A stretch of DNA of 55,607 nt, from positions 1 to 55,607 of the forward strand of contig JALAGF010001348.1 in assembly GCA_030167865.1 (NCBI GenBank). The letters run 5' to 3'. This DNA is from Craspedostauros australis (Eukaryota). The notes under the pieces were generated by a model. It made no database searches. It was given only the letters and a program-made list of their open reading frames with translations, and was not told the DNA's origin. Below, piece by piece: positions 30,380-42,300 of this stretch. The position numbers were made by a program, and so were the translations under genes. Position 1 is the stretch's first letter. Every line of letters starts with the position of its first letter.

Positions 30380-33300
30380 TTATATATTTGTTGGAGTCTC
30401 TGTGGCCGGCAACACTGGGCTCCTGGTCGGCGGCTCTGTCGGTTCCGGAGTCGGCTTCCGAGTAGGATTCTGCGTTGGCCGTTCTGTTGGCCTCGGAGTT
30501 GGTTTGCGAGTTGGGTTCTGTGTTGGCTGCTCAGTTGGCCGTGGGGTTGGCTTGAGTGTTGGGTTCGACGTTGGTTCTGTGGTCGGCCGCTCTGTCGGTC
30601 TCGGAGTAGGCTTGCGAGTTGGGCTCAGTGTCGGTTGCTCTGTAGGTTTCGGAGTAGGCTTCACTGTTGGCTGCTCTGTCGGCTTCGGCGTAGGATCCTG
30701 CGTTGGCCGTTCTGTTGGTCTTGGAGTAGGTTTGCGAGTTGGATTCAGTGTTGGTTGCTCCGTTGGCCTTGGGGTTGGTTTGAGTGTTGGGTTCAGCGTT
30801 GGTTCTGTAGTCGGCCGCGCTGTTGGCCTCGGAGTTGGTTTACGAGTTGGGTTCTGTGTTGGCTGTTCTGTGGGCCTTGGGGTCGGTTTCCGAGTTGGAT
30901 TCCCAGTCGGTTGCTCCGTAGGTCGTTGGGTTGGCTTGAGTGTTGGGTTCGACGTTGGTTCCGTGGTCAGCCGCTCTGTTGGTCCCGGAGTTGGTCTCTG
31001 TGTGGGATTCTGGGTTGGTTGCTCCGTAGGCCTTGGGGTCGGTTTGCGAGTTGGGTTCTGTGTTGGTTGTTCCGTTGATCTCGGAGTAGGTTTCCGCGTG
31101 GGGGTCTCAGTCGGTTGCTCCGTAGGCTTTGGAGTCGGCTTCACTGTTGGCTGCTCTGTTGGTCTTGGAGTTGGTCTCCGCGTGGGATTCTGCGTTGGTT
31201 GCTCAGTAGGCCGTTGGGTTGGTTTGAGTGTTGGGTTCAGCGTTGGTTCTGTAGTCGGCCGCTCTGTCGGTCTCGGAGTAGGTTTACGCGTTGGGTTCTG
31301 GGTTGGCTGCTCTGTCGGTCTTGGAGTCGGTTTGCGAGTTGGGTTCAGTGTTGGCTGCTCCGTTGGTCTCCTCGTGGGATTCCGCGTTGGCTGATCCGTT
31401 GGTCTTGGAGTCGGTTTCGGCGTAGGACTTTGTGTGGGTAGCTCAGTGGGTTTTGGAGTCAGCTTGAGCGTAGGACTTTGTGTTGGTTGGTCCGTTGGCC
31501 TTGGGGTAGGCTTGACTGTCGGGCTCTGCGTTGGTTGATCGGTGGGCTTCGATGCCGGTGAAACAGTAGGCTGGTCCGTTGGTCTATGCGTGGGATTCCG
31601 AGTTGGTTGCTCCGTTGGTGTTGACGTTGCTTCTCGAGTTGGGTTCTGTGTTGGCCGCCCAGTGGGTTGTGATGTAGGCTGTTCTGTCGGCCTTCGTGTG
31701 GGACTTTGCGTTGGTTGGTCTGTGGGCTTACCAGTGGGGGATTGCGTGGGCTGATCTGTCGGACCTGATGTTGCTTTCCGAGTTGGACTCAGTGTTGGTT
31801 GGTCTGTGGGCCGTGGGGTTGGCTCGAAGGTTGGGTTCGGCGTGGGTTCTATGGTTGGCCGTTCGGTGGGCTTCGTTGTCAGCTGATCTGTTGGTGCTTC
31901 AGTAAGTTGTCGTGTGGGACTCTGCGTTGGCTGGTCTGTGGGCTTCGATGTTGGTTTGGCGGTCGGTTGGTCCGTTGGTCTATGTGTGAGATTCTGTGTT
32001 GGCTGCTCCGTTGGTCTTACAGTCGGTCCTGCTGTTGGGCTTGTCGTCAGTGACCGCGTTGGCTGTTCAGATGGATGGTTTGTGGGATGATCCGTTGGCT
32101 GTCGAGTAGGACTCAGTGTGAGGCGTTCAGTTGGCTCTCCGGTTGGTTGGGTCGTCGGATGATTCGTAGGTTGTTCGGCAGGTCGTGGTGTTGGTTTGCG
32201 CGTCGGCTGCAGAGTTGGCGAAGCAGTCGGGATTCGGGTGGGACTCTGCGATGGCTGCTTCGTTGCCACCGGCGTCGGAAGCTGAGTAGGAGCTGCTGTC
32301 GATCCCTTCGTTGGTTGCTGTGTCGGTGCGGCGATTGGCTGCATAGTTGGGTGCCTTGTTGATGTTTCGGTTGCTGTCGAAGTTGGCTCAACTGTTTGTG
32401 AGATGGTTGGTTTTGCAGTGGGCGGCACCGTTGGCTGTGTTGTGGGCTCCTCTGTTGGCTTCGCAGTTGGCTGCTTCGTGGGCGTGTCAGATTGTGTCTG
32501 TGTCGGCATTTCTGTGGGGCTAGGAGTCAGCGGAGCCGTTGGGCTGTCCGTCAGATCATTCGTCGGTGCAGCAGTTGCCTGTTTGGTTGGTTCCGAAGTT
32601 ATCGCGTTGGTTGGCTTGCCTGTTGGGGTAACTGTTCGATGTAGTGTGGGTAGTGCTGTTGGAGCCATCGTCAGCTGTTCAGTCGGATGGATAGTTGGTC
32701 TCTCACTTGGATTTGTTGTTGGGTTCAAAGTGGGCTCGGGAGTTGGTTCGAGGGTGAGACTTTCCGTTGGTTGTGGCGTTGGTGACCTACTGGGCTGTTC
32801 TGAAGTTTTCCGGGTTGGCGTTTCCGTCAGATCTATCACTGGGCTCTCGGTTGCCTTCGATGTCGGCGACTCGGTAGGTCGCTTTGTTGGCTCCACACTT
32901 GGATCCTCGCTGGCTATTAGGGTTGGCTCAGTTGTTGGCTTCAAGGTTGGATCCTGGCTGGGCTCCCAACTTGTGGCTGTGGACGGATTTGCAGTAGGAA
33001 TACGAGTCGGAAAGCTTGTTGGTTCCAGTGTTGGTTGATTAGAAGGGCGACGTGATGGCGCGTTGGTTGGTTCGTCAGTTATGGAAGTTGATGGTTGCAG
33101 TGTTGGATTGACGGTGACCCAATTCGTTGGTTCGCTGGATGGCGACGTTGTTGGCACGTCGGATGCCATTGATGGTGTTCCAGATGGTCGCAATGTGGGG
33201 GTCTGTGATGTAGCACCAGTGGGGGTAGCAGTAGGCAGCGATGTAACTGTTTCCGTCGGCCGCAGTGTTGGGAGAGATGTGGGGTGTTTGATATCCACAC

Positions 33301-36300
33301 CAGGTTCCTGATCTCCATTGGAATCACCGTCAAGTAGTGATGTTGGTGATTCACTCCAGTCGGGTTCGGCGTCTGAAGAGTTGCCATCGTGTTGGGTTGG
33401 GTCGTTTGATGATTGGTCGGATGATGTAGCTGTCGGTTGAGTGGAAATATCCACAGTTGGCACAATTGATGCCTTTATGCTCGGTCGCAGCGTGGGCTGC
33501 TTGGATGGAGCACCGCTTAGTTTCATCGATGGTGCCACCGACGGACGGATGCTCGGAGCCTTCGTCAGTCTCCTGGTAGGAGCGGCGGTTGGCGCCTTCG
33601 TGATCTTGGAGGGAGGTAACGTCGATGTGTTTGGCGATCGTGTGGGTGACATCGTGGTCGGTCCTATCGGTGGCGACAAGTAATCCACGTCACAGTCACA
33701 TTCGAAGCTGAAGCTGTACTTCGCGACGCCGGCTGGATCGGTCCATCCATCGCAAATACCCGGGTTGGGTGACGTGGTCACGCCCACAAAGTCTGCATCC
33801 TGGACGAAGACATCAACTTCGGTCAGCCCGCTGTTGCAACATTGCAGCTCTTGCCACACTTCGTCGCGGAATGCGAGGTTGGAATACTCTGTTGAGCAGA
33901 CCTTCTCGCCAGATGCATCGCAGTACGCAAATCGAATCCATCCGAGTGGCTCGGTCTCCTTCCAGAACTGGTGTGCAGCGATGAAGGTCGTTCCATCAAA
34001 CACATTGATTCCGATTGCCTGTGTTGGCAATACCACCTGGCTATCTGTTGTGGCAGTGACATCCTCACAGACGGAAGGCATGGAGGAAGGAGAGTCTGTG
34101 ATGGCGATGATGGGCGCTGGGGTAGTTGGTGATGATCTATCAGGATCTGGAGTTGGGTTATTCGAAGGGTTGGTTGACGGTTCACCAGATGGCGTGATAC
34201 TCGGCTCGGTGCTCATATCCACGGTTGGCAAGATGGATGGTCTGACGGTGGGTGAGACGGTCGGTACGCGCGTGGGTCCAAGAGAAGGTGCAAGAGAAAG
34301 AGTATCGGATAGCACATCGACGGGCATCGCGACCGGCGATGAAGATGGCCCCGAGCTTGGGGATCCAGTTGCACCAGTAGAGGGGTCGCTGGATGGCAGA
34401 ACTGGAGGATCGGTTGGGCTGTAGTTCGGTCCATCTAGTGGAGGTGACACGTACGTCGCGTCACAGTCGCACGGAAACTGGAAGACGTACTCAGCAACGT
34501 CTCTCGCATTTCCCCACCCATCGCAGATTCTCGGATCGGGTGCTGATGCCAATAAACGAAATGTGCGATCCTGGACGTAAACGTTGACTTCCTTTGATCC
34601 GCTGTTGCAGCACTCCACCCTTTGCCACACTTCGGCACCGAATGCGACGTTGGAATACTCTTCGGAACAGACCTTCTCGCCGGATGCATCGCAGTATACG
34701 AACCTAATCCATCCGAGTGGCTCGGTCTCCTTCCAGAATTGGTGGACCATGATGATGCTCGCTCCGTCAACGCTCCCAACCTGCAGAGCTTCATGAGGAA
34801 TGTCGATGTGATCAAGTTGGACAAGAGTTACATCCTCGCAGATCGAAGGCACGGAGGAGGGTATGGAGGAAGGAGAGTCTGTGATGGCGAAGATGGGTGC
34901 TGGGGTTGTTGGCGATGACCGGTCGGGATCTGGCGTAGGGTTGACGGATGGGGGCATTGATGGTGCTGGTGATGGACTGGTGGTCGGCCGATTGGATGGT
35001 CTATTCGATGGGTTGCTGGATGTTGTGACTGTCGGTGTGCCAGTTGGATCCATCGACAGTTGATGGGACGGTTGACTCGATAGGCCACTTGATGGTTCAC
35101 GAGATGGTATGGTGCTCGGTGCAACGCTCGGTGCAACGCTTGGATCCACAGTCGGGACAATTGACGATGTGGTGGTTGGTGGGTTGGTCGGCATGTCCGA
35201 ACGCGGGATAGCTGGCGATTCCGATGGAGAATGGTTCAACGATAGGGTTGGGCTGCTGGTTGGCTCGATCGAAGGCCGGCTGGACGGTTGGCCAGACGGT
35301 TGATTGGACGGAGTAATAGACGGCTCGCTGGATAGCATCGTGATCGGCGCAATTGATGCCTTCATGCTCGGTCGCAGCGTTGGCTGGTTCGATGGAGCAC
35401 CGCTTGGTGCCATCGATGGAGCCACCGACGGACGGATGCTCGGTGCCTTCGTCAGTCTCCTGGTAGGAGCGGCGGTTGGCGCCTTAGTGATCTTGGAAGG
35501 AGGCAACGTCGATGCGCTTGGTGATCGCGTGGGTGGCATCCCAATCGGTCCTGTCGGTGGCGACGCGTAATCCACGTCACAGTTGCACCCGAAGCTGAAA
35601 CTGTACTTGGCGACTCCGGCTGGATCGGTCCATCCATCGCAAATACCCGGGTTGGGCGACATGGTCACGCCCACGAAGTCTGCATCTTGCGCGAAGACAT
35701 CGACTTCGGTGAGCCCGCTGTTGCAGCATCGTAGCTCCTGCCATACCTCATCGCGGAAGGCAAGATTGGAATGTTCTGCCGAGCAGACCTTCTCGCCGGA
35801 TGCATCGCAGAACACGAATCGAATCCACCCGAGCGACTCGGTCTCCTTCCAGAACTGGTATGCAGCGATGAAGGTCGTTCCATCAATCACGTTGATTTCG
35901 ATTGCCTCTGTTGGCAATGCCACCTGGCTGTCTGTTGTGGCAATGACATTCCCGCACACCGAAGGCATGGAGGAGGGAGAGTCTGTGATGGTGATGATAG
36001 GCGCTGATGTTGTTGGCGACGACCGGTCGGGACCTGGTGTGGGATTGGTGGATGGGAACATCGACAGAGCGGCTGATGGACTGGTAGATAGGTCTGCGGA
36101 TGGTCTATTCGATGGATCGCTGGACGGGCTATCCGATTTCGCGATTGTTGGTTGATCAGATGGCTCACGAGATGGCATGATGCTTGGAACGGCGCTCGGT
36201 TCAACACTTGGTTCAACGCTCAGATCCGTGGTTGGCATGATCGATGATGTGATGGTCGGCGGGTTGGTCGGCATGTCCGAACGTGGGATGGTTGGCGATG

Positions 36301-39300
36301 CTGACGGAGTATGGCTCGACGATGGCGTTGGCCCCGAGCTTGGGGATCCAGTTGGATCCATCGATGGTTGATCGGATGGTTCACTGGATTGCTCATTGGA
36401 TGGCATGGCGCTTGGTGCGATGCTTGGTGCGATGCTCAGATCCACAGTCGGCACGATCGATGATGTGATGGTCGGCGGATTGGTCGGCATGTCCGAACGT
36501 GGGATGGTTGGCGATGCCGATGGAGTATAGCTCGACGATGGCGTTGGCCCCGAGCTTGGGGACCCAGTTGGATCACTGGATGGATCGCTAGATGGCAGAA
36601 CCGGAGGATCGGTTGGACTGTTGCTCAGTCCATCTGGTGGAGGTGACACGTACGTCACATCACAGTCGCACGGGAACTGGAAGGAATACTCAGCGACGCC
36701 TCTCGCACTTTCCCATCCATCGCAGAACCCCGGATTGAGTGTCGATGCGATGATGAAAAAGGCGGGATCCTGGACGTAAACATCGACTTCGGTCAGCCCG
36801 CTGTTGCAACATCGCAGCTCTTGCCACACTTCAGCACCGAATGCGAGGTTGGAATACTCTTCGGAACAGACCTTCTCGCCGGATGCATCGCAGTATGCGA
36901 ATCGAATCCATCCGAGTGGCTCGGTCTCCTTCCAGAACTGGTAGGCCATGATGATGCTTGTTCCGTCAACGCTCCCAATCTGCAGAGCTTCATGAGGAAT
37001 ATCGATGTGGTCATGCTGAATGAGAGTCACATCCTCGCAGACCGAAGGCATGGAGGAGGGAGAGTCTGTGATGGCGATGATGGGCGCTGATGTTGTTGGC
37101 GATGATCGGTCGGGATCTGGCGTGGGGTTGGTGGATGGGAACGTTGATGGTGCCGATGATGGACTGGTGGATAGATCTGCGGATGGTCTATTCGATGGGT
37201 TGCTGGATGTTGTGACTGTCGGCGTGCCAGTTGGATCTATCGACGGTTGATCGGACGGTTGACTCGATGGGCCACCTGATGGCTCATCGGATATCATCGT
37301 GCTCGGTTCGACACTTGGTTCAACACTCATATCCGTTGTTGGCATGATCGATGATGTAATGGTCGGTGGGCTGGTCGGCATGTCCGAACGCGGGATAGTT
37401 GGCGATGCCGAGGGAGCATGGCTCAATGGTGGCGTTGGACCGCCAGTTGGATTCATCGAAGGTTGGCTGGATGGTTCGCCGGTTGGTTGATTGGACGGCC
37501 TGATAGACGGATCATTGGATAGTATGACACTCGGCGCGACGCTCATGTCTGTGGTTGGCATGATCGAAGATCTGATGGATGATGGTGTGGTCGGCATGTC
37601 CGAACGTGGCATGTTCGGCGATTCCGACGGAGTATGGCTCGACGATTGCGTCGGGCGGCCAGTTGGGTTCATCGATGGTTGATCGGATGGTTCGCTGGAT
37701 TGCTCATTGGATGGGATGGCGCTCGGTGCAATGGCCGGTGCGATGTTCAGATCCATAGTCGGGAAGATTGATGATCTGTTGGTTGGCGGGTTGGTTGGCA
37801 TGCCCGAACGCAGGATAGTTGGCGCTTCCGAAGGAGGTTGGCTCGAAGACGGCACTGGCCCATCAGTCGGATGCATTGATGGTTGATGCGACGGTATATG
37901 AGACGGTTGACGCGATGCGTTGACAGATGACTCATCAGATGCCACGGCGCTAGGTTCGTCGCTTGCTTCGGTGCCCATGTTCACTGTTGGCATGAGAGAT
38001 ACTCTACTGGTCGGCGGATTTGTCGGCTGGTTGGACGGGCGCATGGTCGGTGTCTTTGTCAATCGACGAGTCGGTGCCGCAGTGGGCGGTGACGATATCT
38101 GGGCACTCGGAGATCTCGTCGGTGCCTTCGGTGATCCGTCTTCTGGTGGTGAAACGTACATCACGTCGCAACCACACCCAAACTCGAACGAGTACTGGGC
38201 GACGTGGGCAGGATCGGTCCAACCGTCACATACCCCTGGATTGTGAGTGGATGCACGGAATCCGAAGGATGGGTCTTGGACGTATACATGCACCACTGTA
38301 GATCCAGTGTTGCAGCAGTGGACGTCTTGCCAGACCTCATCACCGAAAGCGAGGTTTGAGTGTTGAGCCGAACAGACCAGTTCGCCGGACGCATCGCAAT
38401 GGACGAATCGAATCCATCCGATGGGCGCTGCTGTGGTCCAGTATTGGTAGGCTGCGATGAAGATGGTGTGGTCGAAGACACCAATCTGGATGGCTTGATG
38501 AGGGAGGGGGATGTGGTCGTGATTGGTTGTGATCACATCTTCGCATACTGAGGGTGAAGCAGAAGGCGAATCAGTGATGCGGAAGATGGGTGCCGATGTT
38601 ATTGGAGAGGATCTATCAGGAACCTTCGTTGGATCGTTTGATGGTAATGCGGATGGCATTGTGGACGGTGTTGCTGTTGGGGGACTTGATGGGTTGATCG
38701 ATGGGCTGATCGATGGGCTGGTGGATGGATGCAATGATGGTAGATATGTTGGTGCGCTCGTTGGTTCGTTTGTTGGCATGTTGGTTGGTTTATCTGTGAG
38801 CTCATGCGATGGTATCGGACTTGGCTCTGTGCTGACATCCACGGATGGTGCACTCGAGGGTTGGATTGTTGGCTGATTCGTTGGCGCAGTGGAAGGCGTA
38901 CGACTTGATAATGCAGTTGGGACCATCGATAGAAATGTGGAAATGGTCGTAGATGGCGCACCAGTTCCCTGTGATGGTGTGGAGCTTGGGCCGCTTGATA
39001 TTATATAGCTGGGTCTGCGGCTCTGCATTATAGTTGGCCTTGTGGACATATCACGGCTTGGTGGCATAGGTGGACGCATAGTCGGTGCCTTTGTCAACCG
39101 ACGGGTCGGCGCTGTAGTGGGCGGTGGCGATGTCTGGGCATTCGGAGATGGCGTTGGTGCCTTCGATGATCCGTCTTCTGGCGGTGACATGTACATCACA
39201 TCACAACCACATCCAAACTCGAACGAGTACTGGGCTACATGAGCAGGATCGGTCCAGCCGTCGCACACACCCGGATTGTGGGTCGACGCGCGGAATCCAA

Positions 39301-42300
39301 AGGATGGGTCTTGGACGTATACATGCACCACTGTGGATCCAGTGTTGCAGCAGTGGACGTCTTGCCAGACCTCATCACCGAAAGCGAGGTTTGAGTGCTG
39401 GGCCGAGCAGACCAGCTCGCCGGACGCATCGCAATGGATGAATCGTACCCATCCGATGGGCGCTGCTGTGGTCCAGTATTGGTAGGCTGCGATGAAGATG
39501 GTGTGGTCGAAGACGCCGATTTGGATAGCTTGATGAGGGAGCGGGATGTGGTCATGATTGGTTGCGATGACATCCTCACATACTGAGGGTAAGGAGGAAG
39601 GCGAATCAGTGATGCGGAAGATGGGTGCTGACGTTGTTGGAGAGGATCTATCAGGAACCCTTGTTGGAGCGCTGGATGGCGTTATAGATGGCGCTGCTGT
39701 TGGGGGACTTGATGGGTTGATCGATGGGTTGGCGGATGGACGAAAGGATGGTAGAGATGTTGGTATGTTCGTTGGCCAACGAGTCTGTCGGCGGGTTGGC
39801 CTATGACTTGGCGCAAAAGTTGGCCCGAAAGTTGGTGCATGGCTTGGCGCGAAGGTTGGTCGATGGAATGGCATGATGCTTGGTCGCGCTCTCATATGCA
39901 TGGACGGCATACTTGACGCTTGAAGAGTTGGCCTATTCGTTGGAGCAGTCGAAGGGGCATCGCTCGAAAGTGCGGACGGGACGAGTGATAGATACCTGGA
40001 CATGCCCATGGATGGAGTATTGGATTGCTGTGATGGAACAAAACTTGGACTCTTTGATGTGATATAGCTCGGCGAACTGCTCCGCTTTATGCTTGGCCTT
40101 GCGGATGGAATTCGGCTTGGCGACATCGACGGACGCATACTTGGAGCCTTCGTTGCGCGACGTGTCGGTGCGGCAGTCGGGATTTTTGGTTGTTTCGTTG
40201 GCGGCAACGTCTGGGCACTCGGAGATGGCGTTGGTGCCTTTGATGCTCCATCGTCTGGTGGTGAAACGTACATCACATCACAACCACATCCAAACTCAAA
40301 CGAGTACTGGGCTACATGAGCAGGGTCGGTCCAGCCGTCGCACACACCCGGATTGTGGGTCGACGCGCGGAATCCAAAGGATGGGTCTTGGACGTATACA
40401 TGCACCACTGTGGATCCAGTGTTGCAGCAGTGGACGTCTTGCCAGACCTCATCACCGAAAGCGAGGTTTGAGTGCTGGGCCGAGCAGACCAGCTCGCCGG
40501 ACGCATCGCAATGGATGAATCGTACCCATCCGATGGGCGCTGCTGTGGTCCAGTATTGGTAGGCTGCGATGAAGATGGTGTGGTCGAAGACACCAATCTG
40601 GATGGCTTGATGAGGGAGCGGGATGTGGTCATGATTGGTTGTGATGACATCACTGCAAACGAACGGACTTGATGATGGAAGTGCAGTTGGTGTTGGCGTC
40701 AGGACGGAGTTTTCGGATTCCGTGCAGTCGCATGGCGACGTGTACTTGTAGGATACGACGCCGAACGAGGATGTCCAATCCGTGCAGGCTGGAAGAGGAT
40801 CGGTCTCGGCGCCGTCAGTCAAACCGAATCGCAAATCGGAGACGAGAACGTTGACTTGGAAGGTGTTGTCTTGACAGCAATGCACCGTTTGCTCAACGGA
40901 TTGGAGCATGCCCAGTTCCCAGATTGGATCCGTGCAAACTGTCTGACCATTCTCGTCGCAATAGACGAAACGGACCCAGTGGACGGGCCCGGTCTCGGTC
41001 CAGAGCTGTGTGACGTTGACGGTCGCGACGGACGCGTTCTGTTTGGTGAATTGGATCGCTCCGTCGGGAAGCGCGACGTGCTCATCGGTTTCGATGGTGA
41101 TCTGATCGCAATCATCGGAGAGCGGCGGCAACGTGCGAGGGATTTGGTCCGTTGGTGTGTTTTCCACACTGGATTGATTCATGAATGGAGTTGGGTATGC
41201 CGTGAATGTTGGTTCGGAAGAGATGGATGGCGCTGGAGATGCTGTCTCATTCGTAATGTTCGCGTTGGTGACGTTCGTGTAGCAGTCGCAGCTTGCGGAG
41301 TAGGAGTACTTTGCAACCCCAACAACCGGAATGGAGAGTTGGTCGCAAACTTCGGGAACTTCTGCGTCGGCGCTGTGGTTGGTGTGGAAGGCAATGTCGC
41401 GCACGTAGACATCTACGGTCATGTTGCCATCAGCACAGCAGTGCGCTTCCACCTCAATCACGTCAAGGAACTGGACGTTTCGAGTCTTGTTTGTGCAGAC
41501 CAAATCGCCAGTCTCGTTGCAGTGGACGACTCTGACCCAGCTCACCGTGCCGTTTGGTTTCCACAGTTGTTGGATGAGGATGGTGGCCGCGAGAGAATCG
41601 TTGGCGCTGTTCGTGACGTTGATGGCACCATCCGGCAACGTGACGTTGTCGTCATCTTCGAAGGTGATGTTGGGGCAGATGTAGTATTCTTTTTCGATTT
41701 CGTCGCCGAACATGGTGTCGTTGACGCCTGTCATGTTGCCGGGAAGGAGCGTCGCGTTATCCGAATCCATGCCGGCATCGATCTCGTCGAACGCATCGAC
41801 GCAGCTGCAGATTCTAGCTTGGGCGATGATGGAGACGTCAGCGTTGTGAGGCACCTCGATTTCGAAGGAATCCGAGCGAGCCCCAGTCACTTGCGAATGC
41901 GAGTAGACTTGGACCGGCGGGACGATGTTGAGGGCGGTACGGTTGCTGCGATCCTGCGGTTGAGCGACGGAGAAGTCGCCGGCGTAGACGATGGTTCCCT
42001 GGATGACGTAGTTGCAGTTGGTGAAGAAGTTCACGGTCAGCGCACCCTCTAAGGGATCGTAGCCAACCTCGAGAGATCCGACGGCGGCGTATGGCACGGT
42101 GGAGTTGTCGCCATCGCCTCCACCGCCGTTGCCATCATGATCGCATCCATCCGGTGCAGCCACGAGGTTCATGGTGGCGCCATCGCCAATTCCCGTGAAG
42201 GAGTTGGTGGAGAACGGCCCGCTGGCCCAACCGCAGTCGGGAATGCGGAAACCCAGCACGCCGGAACTCGCCATGTTGACGCTGTCGTAACGAGTGGATT

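Noticed and set aside
30390-32500. Regular repeat array considered as a CRISPR array or satellite
   Set aside because: It has a 12-nt coding periodicity with third-position variation, no constant repeat plus unique spacer structure, no cas genes, and a eukaryotic context.
30351-42052. Plus-strand VG-rich and other ORFs (30351-31394, 32403-33038, 40856-42052 and others), superficially elastin- or silk-like
   Set aside because: They are the reverse complement of PT/PS codons of the giant mucin and have no independent coding signal.
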